Positions 1 to 8,760 are shown, numbered from the stretch's first letter. The stretch: 64,000 nucleotides of DNA from Candidatus Magasanikiibacteriota bacterium (GCA_016193335.1 JACPSK010000003.1:23739-87738), one strand, 5' to 3'. The notes: a model not told the origin generated them from the letters alone. Program-made: numbers and translations.

Positions 1-14
1 GCAAACCGGGAGAA

Positions 15-899
15 ATGATCATGACCTTTGTCTTGTACGTTACGCTGTTTGGCGTTTTGGTGGTATACATTATCGGAGAAGGTGAAACATTGTCTGCGCT
101 TTTCGGAGGGAATCCTTTCGCGTGGAGTCTTTCTTTTTTTCTTGTTTCCATAGTACTGATTTTTTTGGGTATTCGAACGGTTAAGAAAACTGAATTTTTT
201 TTGACGTTTGCTTTGCTTGTCGTTATTATTATTATTCTTTTGTGGAGTTTGCCTCATGTACGATTTTTTAACATTAAGCATTTTGATTTCGCGCGGCTTT
301 TGCTGCCTTACGGAGTTATTTTATTCGCGTTTCACGGCACCACCGCCGTCCCTGAAGCGCATAGTCTTTTGCTGCGTCGGAAATCTGCTTTCAGAAAAGC
401 CATTTTTATTTCCGGCCTTATTACCACGGCGGTTTATGTGCTGTTTGCTTTTTCAGTGGTCGGCGTTACCGGACTTGAAACCACTGAGATAGCGACCATA
501 GGTTTGGGAAACACACTCGGACCGGTTATGTTTTTTTTCGGCAATATATTCGCGGCGCTCGCCATGGGCACCAGTTTCATTATGGTGGGGTTGTCCCTCA
601 GGGATTCAATGAATTGGGATTTTAAATTAGGGCCTCTCATTTCAAATATATTCGTGGCCATGATTCCTCTCTCGGCTTTTCTTCTTGGATTGAGAGGTTT
701 TATAGAAGTTATTGATGTGATTGGTGGGGTTTTCATTAGCATAGAAATGTTCATCATTATGCTTATCTATATCCGAGCAAAACAGCGTGGAGATCTGGGA
801 ATCAGGGGCGGGTGGCTTGCCCATAGCTCTTTATTCATGTGGATTTTTGCTCTTGCTTTATTTGTTGGAATTTTGTATAGTGTTTCCAAGCAATTTTAA
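15..899 (+). CDS. Polytopic membrane transporter, amino-acid permease-like (APC/HAAAP-type); possibly complete with start at 15 or 21
   Basis: 294 aa hydrophobic ORF with about 8 predicted TM segments and an FHGTTAVPE-like permease motif. GGGAGA RBS 8 nt before the second ATG (21). Family assignment is by general resemblance only. Confidence 0.45.
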   Translation: MIMTFVLYVTLFGVLVVYIIGEGETLSALFGGNPFAWSLSFFLVSIVLIFLGIRTVKKTEFFLTFALLVVIIIILLWSLPHVRFFNIKHFDFARLLLPYGVILFAFHGTTAVPEAHSLLLRRKSAFRKAIFISGLITTAVYVLFAFSVVGVTGLETTEIATIGLGNTLGPVMFFFGNIFAALAMGTSFIMVGLSLRDSMNWDFKLGPLISNIFVAMIPLSAFLLGLRGFIEVIDVIGGVFISIEMFIIMLIYIRAKQRGDLGIRGGWLAHSSLFMWIFALALFVGILYSVSKQF

Positions 900-1332
900 T
901 TCATGGACTCTTGTTTCATGAGAATGGTGTTCGTTGTTTGTCGGTTTTATTGAGCTTTGTTTCTTTTGTCTCAAGGCTCCATTACTGAAAAACAATGTTC
1001 GTCCCCGTTTTTTTCGGGGCGTCTATTCTTCCTTTTTGTCTTTTATCTCTTCATCAATTTCGTAAAAGACAGACTCGTTTTTTTTAGAGCCATCTCAAAA
1101 ATAATTTTGAGCCAGTTTCAAAGCAGTTTTGAGCGAAAAAAGTGAAGATTGAGAGAGTCATAATGGTATTATGACGAGGAAAGCTGAACTTCTTAGAGCC
1201 GAAACTGATTGAAAATGGACCATGAATTATTTTTGAGCCGGGGTTCTAAATATTAAGATAAACAGAGAGTCCAAATCCTGCCGAGCTGTATCTCCCTTAA
1301 GTTTTTGTCAAAAGGAAGATACTCGGCCGGCA

Positions 1333-1366
1333 CCCCGGTCAGCTTGCTGCGGGGTTTATTCATTTT
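1333..1366 (+). terminator. Intrinsic terminator-like hairpin (CCCCGG..CGGGG + UUUAUUCAUUUU) abutting the metK start codon; candidate attenuator/riboswitch expression platform
   Basis: GC stem followed by a T-run ends 2 nt before the metK ATG. About 220 nt of structured leader lies upstream, containing CCAAAUCCUGCCGAGC, which resembles the SAM-I GGUGCUAAAUCCUGCAGCG region. Confidence 0.4.
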
Positions 1367-1368
1367 AT

Positions 1369-2532
1369 ATGGCAGAAAAAATGTTGTTTACTTCAGAATC
1401 CGTAACCGAGGGGCATCCGGACAAAATTTGCGATCAAATTTCAGACGCCGTGCTTGACGCGGTCTTGAAAGACGATCCGGATGGCGCTTGTTGTTGTGAA
1501 GTTTTTACTACCACTGGTCTTGTGGTGGTCGGTGGAGAAATAACCACCAAAACTTATGTGGATATTCCAGCCATTGTGAGAGGCACTTTAAAAGATATCG
1601 GTTACACCAATCCTGAATACGGAATAGATTATAAGAGTTGCGGCGTGGTGGTGGCAGTGGACGAGCAGAGCCCGGACATAGCTCAAGGAGAAAAAACAGA
1701 TCAGGGAGAACATAAAGCCCAGGGGGCCGGAGATCAGGGGATGATGTTTGGATTTGCTTGCAAAGAAACGCCTCAGCTTATGCCTTTGCCGATTATGTTG
1801 GCTCATGGCTTAACCAAGCGTTTGGCGAGAGTTCGGAAAAAAGGTGAGCTTCCCTATCTGCGGCCGGATGGCAAAAGCCAGGTAACGGTGGAGTATGAAG
1901 ACGGAAAACCAAAACGCGTGGACGCCGTGGTTATCGCGGCTCAGCATGACCCCGGTATTACGCTTGAAAAATTGAGACAAGACATCAGGGAGCATGTTAT
2001 TCTTCCGGTCTGCGGCGCTTATCTGGATGATAAGACAAAGTATTATATCAACGAGACAGGGAATTTTATTATAGGCGGTCCGCATGGAGACACGGGCGTT
2101 ACGGGAAGAAAAATAATTGTAGATACTTATGGCGGAATGGGCAGACATGGCGGCGGCGCTTTTTCCGGAAAAGTCCCCAATAAACAAGATCGTTCAGGTG
2201 CCTACATGGCTCGCTATGTGGCAAAGAATGTCGTAGCCGCTGATTTGGCAGACAAATGCGAAGTTCAGCTTTCTTATGCCATAGGATATCCTGAACCGGT
2301 GAGTATTTTGCTTGATGCTTTTGGCACTTCCAGAGTGCCGAATGAGATACTGGTAAGAGCGGTTCGTGAGGTTTTTGATCTGACTCCGGCCGGTATTATC
2401 AAACAACTGGATTTGAAACGTCCCATATACAAGGAAACCGCGGCCTATGGACATTTTGGGAGAGAAGAATTTCCATGGGAAAAGACAGATAAAATTGAAG
2501 CATTGAAGCAGGCGGTGGAAAAGTTAAGTTAA
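1369..2532 (+). CDS. metK: S-adenosylmethionine synthetase
   Basis: N-terminus [30 protein letters not shown]-like loop, 387 aa full-length MetK architecture. Confidence 0.95.
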   Translation: MAEKMLFTSESVTEGHPDKICDQISDAVLDAVLKDDPDGACCCEVFTTTGLVVVGGEITTKTYVDIPAIVRGTLKDIGYTNPEYGIDYKSCGVVVAVDEQSPDIAQGEKTDQGEHKAQGAGDQGMMFGFACKETPQLMPLPIMLAHGLTKRLARVRKKGELPYLRPDGKSQVTVEYEDGKPKRVDAVVIAAQHDPGITLEKLRQDIREHVILPVCGAYLDDKTKYYINETGNFIIGGPHGDTGVTGRKIIVDTYGGMGRHGGGAFSGKVPNKQDRSGAYMARYVAKNVVAADLADKCEVQLSYAIGYPEPVSILLDAFGTSRVPNEILVRAVREVFDLTPAGIIKQLDLKRPIYKETAAYGHFGREEFPWEKTDKIEALKQAVEKLS

Positions 2533-2678
2533 ATTAAAGTATTTTTTATCGAGTTCATTTAGGTTCTGTAATTTTATATAAGAAATAAAATAACGAGCAT
2601 TGGTATGCTGGTTATTTTGTGTATCGCATTATCTTACATGGAGTATCTGTTCAGGTCCGGATGACAATTTAGATATCT

Positions 2679-3089
2679 TTAGCTTTGTCGGCTTCCTCCG
2701 CAGAGTACGTCCGCGAGCGGCTCCAGAAGTTCTGAACCAGCGTAAGGCTTGGCGACAAAGGCCAGATTTGTGTTTGCGCCCACTTGAATTCTGAACGCTT
2801 GGCGCAGAGTTTGATCTGCGTTCCCACCATGTTTAGAAATTTTCGCGCTCGTGACAACAAGAGCCCTGATCGGCCGAATCTTGGCGAGTCTACCCGCCAA
2901 TTCATCGCCGTTCATGCCAGGCATATTGTAATCCGTGATTACGGCATCGCAATCAACTGAAGCAAAAAGCCTTAGAGCGGTCTCTGCGTCAGTTGCGCTA
3001 TGCACCATGTAGCCAGCGCTTTGAAGGAAAATTTCAGTGACCCACAAAAGATCTTCTTGATCATCAATCAATAGGATTTGTACCGGCAT
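2679..3089 (-). CDS. Stand-alone response-regulator receiver domain protein (CheY-like)
   Basis: ILLIDDQ..VITDYNMPGMNG..AKP receiver signature. Start moved to the internal ATG at 3087-3089, which has an AAGGA RBS (ORF track 2679..3167). No output domain. Confidence 0.8.
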   Translation of the reverse strand: MPVQILLIDDQEDLLWVTEIFLQSAGYMVHSATDAETALRLFASVDCDAVITDYNMPGMNGDELAGRLAKIRPIRALVVTSAKISKHGGNADQTLRQAFRIQVGANTNLAFVAKPYAGSELLEPLADVLCGGSRQS

Positions 3090-3267
3090 ATTGTCCTTTA
3101 TGCCCACCCGGACCCGTCTGGACACATATACCAATTTTTTTTTGTTTTGTAAAGGCGGAGGTAGCAACAGGAATTTTTATGAACATTCGGTGTAACATCT
3201 TGTATGTTCGTCAGGATTGTTTTCCAATACAGACATTTTATAATCTGCATTGACTTTAAGAATTTAA

Positions 3268-3287
3268 AAAAGCGCGAAGCGCTTTCT
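3268..3287 (-). terminator. Palindromic hairpin AAAGCGCGAAGCGCTTT with flanking A/T runs, downstream of the receiver gene at 3326..3682
   Basis: Perfect 7-bp GC-rich stem and 3-nt loop, T-run on the minus strand. Confidence 0.45.
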
Positions 3288-3325
3288 ATTATATTGATTG
3301 GGCCGGACAAGTCCAATCGATCAAA

Positions 3326-3682
3326 CTATCGGGCCAGGTCTTTCAGAGCGCTGACATCAATGGGTTTGTCAAGGAATCCTCTCGCATGGCCAGAGGCCAG
3401 CGCAGAATCAACTTGAGAGGCAAAACGGCCTCTACTCGCAGACATCAGCCACAGCGGCATCTTGTGGCCTGACAAGTGGAGGCGAGCGGCAAATTCCAAG
3501 CCGTTCATGCCCGGCATCTCTATATCAGAGAATATTATGCGCGGGGCATGTGTTTCTACAAACACCAGTCCTTTTGCAGGGTCATCGACCCAATGGACTT
3601 TGTGTCCTGCTCCTTCAAGTGTGTAGACCATGAAAAATGCCGTTGTTGGATCGTCGTCGACGATCAGAATACCATTCCTCAA
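3326..3682 (-). CDS. Stand-alone response-regulator receiver domain protein (CheY-like)
   Basis: ILIVDDDP...IIFSDIEMPGMNG...FLDKP. 118 aa, single domain. Confidence 0.8.
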   Translation of the reverse strand: MRNGILIVDDDPTTAFFMVYTLEGAGHKVHWVDDPAKGLVFVETHAPRIIFSDIEMPGMNGLEFAARLHLSGHKMPLWLMSASRGRFASQVDSALASGHARGFLDKPIDVSALKDLAR

Positions 3683-3835
3683 TGTTGCCTCTTTTACCTT
3701 GTTTTGCTCTTTTTGATCATCCGGTTTCTTTGTCCGGGGTCAAGAGTATATCTGATTATATTCCGATTGTCAAGGAAAAAATGAAAAAAATTGTGAACAA
3801 CTACGAGTCTGTCTCTTCATCACATATTTTTGGAA

Positions 3836-3915
3836 AGCCTAGGGACGAGTGCGAGAGCGAAGCGGGCTGACTTCCGCAGGATTTATAAAATATGTTATGA
3901 AGGGGTAGACGTCAT
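3836..3915 (-). repeat. Copy A of modular intergenic repeat family (H1 module + M2 module, M2 inverted relative to other copies)
   Basis: Shares GCGAGAGCGAAGCGGGCTGA and CCTTCATAACATATTTTATAAATCCT-like modules with copies at 8684-8760, 28861-28930 and 48648-48712. Confidence 0.6.
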
Positions 3916-3962
3916 ATTTTTACAAAATATAAAAACCCCGCGCATTGATTGCTTACGGGGTT
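3916..3962 (-). terminator. Rho-independent terminator for the GC-rich receiver-like gene (AACCCCG..CGGGGTT stem, T-run on minus strand)
   Basis: 7-bp GC stem. Minus-strand downstream sequence TTTTTATATTTTGTAAAAA. Confidence 0.55.
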
Positions 3963-4107
3963 CTTGAGAAGAGGAAATGTCCGGGTGAAGCTCGCGCGGT
4001 GCTTGGTTTTCGCACTTCCCTCGTGGCTTGCCCAACAGCCGTTTGATGATCCGAACGAGCGGACCGCGGTTTGGGCTTGCCGTGGGATACTCTAGATGAG
4101 CAGGGGT

Positions 4108-4407
4108 TTAATTTCTCGAGCTCGCCAAAGGGGCGAGCAGATCTGGCAAGGCCACGATATCCGCGGCCGAGAGCGTGAAGACCATGAATTCCCTTTTTTC
4201 CAGAGAGCCGAGCTCTCTGATCAGGGTCTCCCGGTTCATAAAGCGGGAATCCACCCGCTCGGCGACGATCACGGCGACCAGGCCTGTCTCACGACGGGCG
4301 GTCTCCAGAGCGTCTTTACTCTCAGAGGCACAGAACACATCCCAGCCATGCTTGCGCAAGAGCCGGGTGAGTCCGTAGCCTCCGTTGTCAATAACGAGAA
4401 TTTTCAT
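4108..4407 (-). CDS. Atypical receiver-domain protein (pseudo-receiver: DN instead of DD pair, Glu at predicted phospho-acceptor position), GC-rich gene
   Basis: MKILVIDNGG...VAVIVAERVD..., 99 aa. Strong RBS AAGAGGAGG 6 nt upstream. About 58% GC against a roughly 42% background. Confidence 0.6.
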   Translation of the reverse strand: MKILVIDNGGYGLTRLLRKHGWDVFCASESKDALETARRETGLVAVIVAERVDSRFMNRETLIRELGSLEKREFMVFTLSAADIVALPDLLAPLASSRN

Positions 4408-4569
4408 CCCTGCCTCCTCTTAAGCGCGAGGAAGCACCCGGACAGTGCTTGGAATATAGCATGGTTAAGCCAATTTGTCAATCATAAGCATTGATTTTTT
4501 CGTTGATTTTAGATAGTATAAGCCTGTATCGGGCTTAATTTAGTGGTTAGCATTTTCTCTTCTTGATTT

Positions 4570-5379
4570 ATGAACAGTGTTCAAGCACTTGTTCTCGGCA
4601 TCATCCAAGGATTGACTGAATTTTTGCCGATTTCATCTTCCGGCCATCTTATTTTTGTACCTCGTTTATTCGGCTGGGCTGACCAAGGCTTAACATTTGA
4701 CGCGGTGGTTCATCTCGGTTCTTTGTTTGCGGTACTTGTGTATTTTCGCTCTCGGATTCTAAGCATGCTCGGGTCTTTGTGCACCAGATCTGTTGGTGAA
4801 TCAGACCGCAAAGAACGCAAGCTTGCTTTTTTACTGGCAGTCTCCATAGTGCCGGCGGCTTTGGGCGGTTTGTTTTTTCAAAATTGGATTGAAAACTCTT
4901 TACGTTCTGTTTTTATTATCTCTTTCAGCCTCATATTCTGGGGCATAATTTTGGGATGGGCAGATAGATTGGCGATAAAAAGAAATAAATCTTTTTCTTT
5001 GGACAATTTGTCTTTCTCCAAAACAGTCTTGATTGGAATTGCTCAGGCTTTGGCTCTGATCCCCGGCACCAGCAGGTCTGGAGTAACGATGAGCGCGGGT
5101 TTATTTCTTGGCCTCGACAAAAAATCAGCCGCTGATTTTTCTTTTCTCATGAGCGTGCCGATTATCGCCATAGCAGGGGCCTTAAAAATATTCGATCTGG
5201 TTCGAACCGGTTGGGGACATATCCAGATTTTGCCTTTGGGCATTGGGTTTTTTGCCGCGGCCCTGAGCGGCTTTCTCGCCATTGCTGGTTTAATGAAGAT
5301 TATTCAGAAATGGAGTTTTATGCCTTTTGTGGTTTATAGGGTAGCAATGGGAATTTTGATACTTGTTTTTTTCGTGTAA
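4570..5379 (+). CDS. uppP: Undecaprenyl-diphosphatase (BacA/UppP)
   Basis: LGIIQGLTEFLPISSSGHL and PGTSRSGVTMSAGL motifs. 8 TM. Confidence 0.9.
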   Translation: MNSVQALVLGIIQGLTEFLPISSSGHLIFVPRLFGWADQGLTFDAVVHLGSLFAVLVYFRSRILSMLGSLCTRSVGESDRKERKLAFLLAVSIVPAALGGLFFQNWIENSLRSVFIISFSLIFWGIILGWADRLAIKRNKSFSLDNLSFSKTVLIGIAQALALIPGTSRSGVTMSAGLFLGLDKKSAADFSFLMSVPIIAIAGALKIFDLVRTGWGHIQILPLGIGFFAAALSGFLAIAGLMKIIQKWSFMPFVVYRVAMGILILVFFV

Positions 5380-5385
5380 TTTTGT

Positions 5386-6801
5386 ATGACTGAACAGGCT
5401 TTATTCAAGTCAATATACGCGGTGTCAAAGACACAAGGAGTTGAAGTGTACGCGGTTGGCGGCTATGTGCGCGATACCGTGCTTGGCATTCCGTGCAAAA
5501 AAGATATTGACTTTGTTGTTCTTGGAAGCGGTCTGCTGTTTGCCAAGGCTTTTGACGAATATATGAAAGGCCAGGGAACGCTTATTGAATTTAATGATTT
5601 TGACACCGCGCGTTATGTTTTGAATGATCTTGAAATAGAGTTCGCCGGGGCCCGTTCCGAAGCTTATGATCATCAATCACGCAAACCCAGGGTTAAACCG
5701 GCTTCTTTGGAAGAGGATCTCTCGCGACGTGATTTTACGGCGAACGCGATGGCCCGCAAAGTGATTGCGTCTGGTTTGAGCAAGACTATTGTGGATCCTT
5801 ATTTGGGTTTGAGCGATTTAAATAAAAAAATGATAAGGACTCCCCTTGACCCGGACGAGACTTTTTCCGAAGATCCTCTGCGGATTCTGAGAGCCGCCCG
5901 GTTCGCGGCTCAGCTTGAGTTTGACATTGATAAGCACACGTACGATTCCCTTGCTAAAAATAAAAAACGCCTGGCCATTGTTTCGGCTGAACGAGTTAAA
6001 AATGAATTTTTTAGATTGCTTGCCGCGGCCAAACCCTCAGTCGGTTTGTGGATTTTGTATGAGAGCGGCGTTTTGGGAGAATTTTTGCCAGAAGTTTCAG
6101 CTCTCCAGGGCGTGGAGGAAATGAAAGGGTATTTGCATAAGGATAATTTATCGCATTCTTTTAAAGTGGTGGACAATATCGCGGAAATGAGCGATAAAGT
6201 CCTCTTGCGCTATGTGGGTTTGGTTCATGATATTGGAAAGCCGGACACCAAGCGTTTTGAAGAGAAGAGAGGATGGACTTTTGACATGCATGATCACTTG
6301 GGAAAAAAAATGGTCCGCCTCATAGGCAAGAGACTTCGGATGAGTAAAGAGGAAGTTGATTATGCCTGCCATTTGGTACGCTGGCATCTCTATCCCATAG
6401 CGCTTATGGATAAGGGAGTTACGGATAGTCCGGTAAGAAGACTTATCGTCAATCTTAGAGAAGACCTGGCGGATCTGCTCATTCTTTGCCGCGCGGATAT
6501 CACCACTGGAAATCAAGAACGATTGCGGCGTCGTTTAAAAAATTATGATATTTTGGAAGATCGAATCAAAGAAGTTCTGGATAAAGACAAGCTTCGCGCT
6601 TTTCAATCTCCTTTGAGGGGCGAAGAGATCATGAAACGCTGTAGTTTAAAGCCAGGACCTACCGTAGGGAAAATAAAAAAAGCCATTGAAGAGGCTATTT
6701 TGAACGGGCGTATCGTAAATGAATATCAGGCGTCTGTGGAATATTTTGAGAAGATAAAAGATGAATATCTCGCCGAAGCAGAGACCTGGGAGAACGTATA
6801 G
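5386..6801 (+). CDS. cca: CCA-adding tRNA nucleotidyltransferase / poly(A) polymerase family with HD domain
   Basis: GGYVRD..DIDF head domain, RDFTANAM, HDIGKP HD motif. Confidence 0.85.
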   Translation: MTEQALFKSIYAVSKTQGVEVYAVGGYVRDTVLGIPCKKDIDFVVLGSGLLFAKAFDEYMKGQGTLIEFNDFDTARYVLNDLEIEFAGARSEAYDHQSRKPRVKPASLEEDLSRRDFTANAMARKVIASGLSKTIVDPYLGLSDLNKKMIRTPLDPDETFSEDPLRILRAARFAAQLEFDIDKHTYDSLAKNKKRLAIVSAERVKNEFFRLLAAAKPSVGLWILYESGVLGEFLPEVSALQGVEEMKGYLHKDNLSHSFKVVDNIAEMSDKVLLRYVGLVHDIGKPDTKRFEEKRGWTFDMHDHLGKKMVRLIGKRLRMSKEEVDYACHLVRWHLYPIALMDKGVTDSPVRRLIVNLREDLADLLILCRADITTGNQERLRRRLKNYDILEDRIKEVLDKDKLRAFQSPLRGEEIMKRCSLKPGPTVGKIKKAIEEAILNGRIVNEYQASVEYFEKIKDEYLAEAETWENV

Positions 6802-6839
6802 CTGTGTTTTTGGTTTTTTAAAAATCAGAGTTCTCGGTT

Positions 6840-7170
6840 TAGGTAGCCGCGGGCGTCCGTCATCCTCACTTTGCGCAGGGGAGCCCGCGCCGTGAATTGG
6901 AATCCGAACGCCCGTGGCCGAGCTGTGTCCGCGAATAGTTAAGTACGAAGCCCGTAAAGAGGTTTGTGGCGAGGGTGAAGGGGAGGCGGCCTGGCCACTC
7001 TCGTTACGGTCTCTGCACTTTTTTTTCCGCGAAGCAGCGCAATCTAGCCTAACGCGTTTAACTCTCTCTTGTCAAATAGCTACCTTGAATACAGTGCGAA
7101 TGAAGAAGATTAATGGGCGCCAATGGAGCGCGGGGCATGAGGTCTGAACCCTGTCCTGTCTCAATCTACT
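6840..7170. ncRNA. GC-rich (about 57%) non-coding islet, candidate structured RNA (class not identified)
   Basis: 330 bp with no credible ORF (the 77-aa ORF at 6914..7147 has compositional-artifact character) and sharp GC contrast with flanks. Minus strand carries TTGACA-N18-TAGGCT promoter-like element near 7045-7075. Not matched to tmRNA, RNase P or SRP consensus by eye. Confidence 0.25.
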
Positions 7171-7236
7171 GTTTTTTGTATTGTCTGTAGATCTGCGGTA
7201 TCCGTACTATCCGTATTTTGCCTAAGTCAGGTTTGC

Positions 7237-7959
7237 GTGCTATACTGTGTATATATGATTGAGCTTTGGAATGAGCTTTTGTACAGGCCTTTATTTAATA
7301 TTCTTGTCTGGCTGTACAACAATTGGGCTGAACAAAATTTGGGCTGGGCGGTGGTGTATCTAACGCTTATGTTGCGCGTTTTGCTTCTTCCTTTTACCTT
7401 CATTACTGAACGCAATGCCATTAAGAACAGAACTCTCGTGGCAGAGCTCAGACGTATAGACAAAAGTTACCAGGGGGATCCGATCCTTAAAAAAGAAGAA
7501 ATACGCAAAACCCTGAGAAAGCGCAAAGTGCGTCCTTGGTCCAGTGCTTTTGAACTTGGCATTCAGCTTTTGGTGCTTATTTTGCTGTATCAGGTTTTTT
7601 TGCAAGGTATCAGCGGAGAGAAAGTAAAAGTGCTCAAATCTTTGTATTATTGGGTGGATTTCCCGGGTCTGATTAATACTATTTTTTACGGCTTTGATTT
7701 GGCGGCCAAGTACGACTGGCTCTGGGCCGGAATGGTAGCTTTCTTTTTCGCCGCTTACATCTACCGTGAATACCGGCATGCCAGGCGCGTTCTTCATAAG
7801 AGTGATTTGCTTTATTTCATTTTTTTCCCTACGGGCATATTCTTAACTCTCTGGTATTTGCCCATGGTTAAATCCTTGTTTGTCTTGACATCTTTGTTGT
7901 TTTCTGCTATAGTGCATCGCTTAATTCGGGTTTTTTTGAAGCCACCAAAAAAAATTTAG
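7237..7959 (+). CDS. yidC: Membrane protein insertase YidC/Oxa1 (short form); likely start at 7255
   Basis: LGWAVVYLTLMLRVLLLPF, matching the YidC GWAIILLTIIVR motif, then RKVRPWSSAFELGIQLLVLILLYQ, matching the NPlgGClPmLiQ/PIfiALY region. Confidence 0.75.
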   Translation: MLYCVYMIELWNELLYRPLFNILVWLYNNWAEQNLGWAVVYLTLMLRVLLLPFTFITERNAIKNRTLVAELRRIDKSYQGDPILKKEEIRKTLRKRKVRPWSSAFELGIQLLVLILLYQVFLQGISGEKVKVLKSLYYWVDFPGLINTIFYGFDLAAKYDWLWAGMVAFFFAAYIYREYRHARRVLHKSDLLYFIFFPTGIFLTLWYLPMVKSLFVLTSLLFSAIVHRLIRVFLKPPKKI

Positions 7960-8002
7960 ATAGTCTTTCCTGACAGGAAAATCTAATAATAATCATACTT
8001 CT

Positions 8003-8626
8003 ATGGCCGGAGATTCAATAGATAAACTCATGTATTCCTTTGTAATGGAGGATGTCTTAAAAGGCCTATTTATTTATGTGCCGCCTGGTTATGTCGCCTG
8101 CGTGTACGATTTGGGGCGTGGCGTGCTCAAAAAAGTTCTTACTCCCGGTTTGCATTTCAAGATACCATTTTGGCAAAAAGCCAAACTTTTTAACACTCAA
8201 ACTCTTGAGTACAGCATCAATCGGGAATTTGATCCTGCCAATGAAAAAGCGATGGGAGACGTGCCTATCGCGGCGGTAAGCATGGATGGCAAGCGCATGG
8301 CCGTGGAAGGAACCGTGCTTTTACGTCTGGACATTCATCAGATACCTCATATTTGGCAGACCATAGGAGAAGATTTTGTGGCAAAGATTATACGGCCCAC
8401 CATTAGGAGCAGGATTCGCATGGTCGCGAGCAGATTTGATTCAGCGGATATCGTGGGTAAAAAACGCGATTCCGTGGAAACAGAGTTAAAGAATGAGTTG
8501 GAGCGCATATTTTATCCCAGAGGCATTTACGTTGAAAATATCTTATTGAGTGAAATTTCCGGTCTCCGTGAGGCTGAAAAATCCAAACCGAAATCAGACG
8601 CTTCAGACGCCGATGAACAAAGCTGA
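8003..8626 (+). CDS. SPFH/band-7 (HflC/HflK-like) domain protein
   Basis: PGLHFKIPFWQK and the GTVLLRLD block are typical of the SPFH domain. Confidence 0.75.
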   Translation: MAGDSIDKLMYSFVMEDVLKGLFIYVPPGYVACVYDLGRGVLKKVLTPGLHFKIPFWQKAKLFNTQTLEYSINREFDPANEKAMGDVPIAAVSMDGKRMAVEGTVLLRLDIHQIPHIWQTIGEDFVAKIIRPTIRSRIRMVASRFDSADIVGKKRDSVETELKNELERIFYPRGIYVENILLSEISGLREAEKSKPKSDASDADEQS

Positions 8627-8656
8627 AATTCTTGCAATGGGTGCTACCCGACATAA

Positions 8657-8683
8657 AAATCCCGTTTATTCGGGATTTTTATA
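8657..8683 (+). terminator. Rho-independent terminator AAAATCCCG-TTTATT-CGGGATTTTTAT after the SPFH gene
   Basis: Perfect hairpin plus T-run. Confidence 0.65.
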
Positions 8684-8760
8684 AATCCTATGGAGTCAGC
8701 CCACTTCGCTCTCGCATTCGTCTTTAGGCCTTCTATAAAAATATCTTATGAAGGAACAGG
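8684..8760 (-). repeat. Copy D of modular intergenic repeat family
   Basis: GTCAGCCCACTTCGCTCTCGCATTCGTC (reverse complement of the GCGAGAGCGAAGYGGGCTGAC module) followed by CTATAAAAATATCTTATGAAGG. Confidence 0.6.

Noticed and set aside
957-1145. 62-aa ORF in the metK leader
   Set aside because: Low-complexity Phe/Leu-rich translation of AT-rich DNA, no RBS. The region is more likely untranslated leader.
4096-4494. 132-aa plus-strand ORF antisense to the GC-rich receiver-like gene
   Set aside because: Fully overlaps a minus-strand gene that has a strong RBS and recognisable domain. Long antisense ORFs are expected by chance in GC-rich DNA.
6914-7147. 77-aa ORF inside the GC-rich non-coding islet
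   Set aside because: Arg/Gly/Ala-rich composition typical of spurious ORFs in GC-rich structured RNA regions. No RBS. The region is more likely an RNA element.
6840-7170. Specific identification of the islet as RNase P RNA or tmRNA
   Set aside because: GGGCUCC and UUCGGAUUC-like fragments are present, but the P4 consensus, the tRNA-like acceptor/T-arm and the tag-peptide reading frame could not be reconstructed by eye. Kept only as an unclassified ncRNA candidate.
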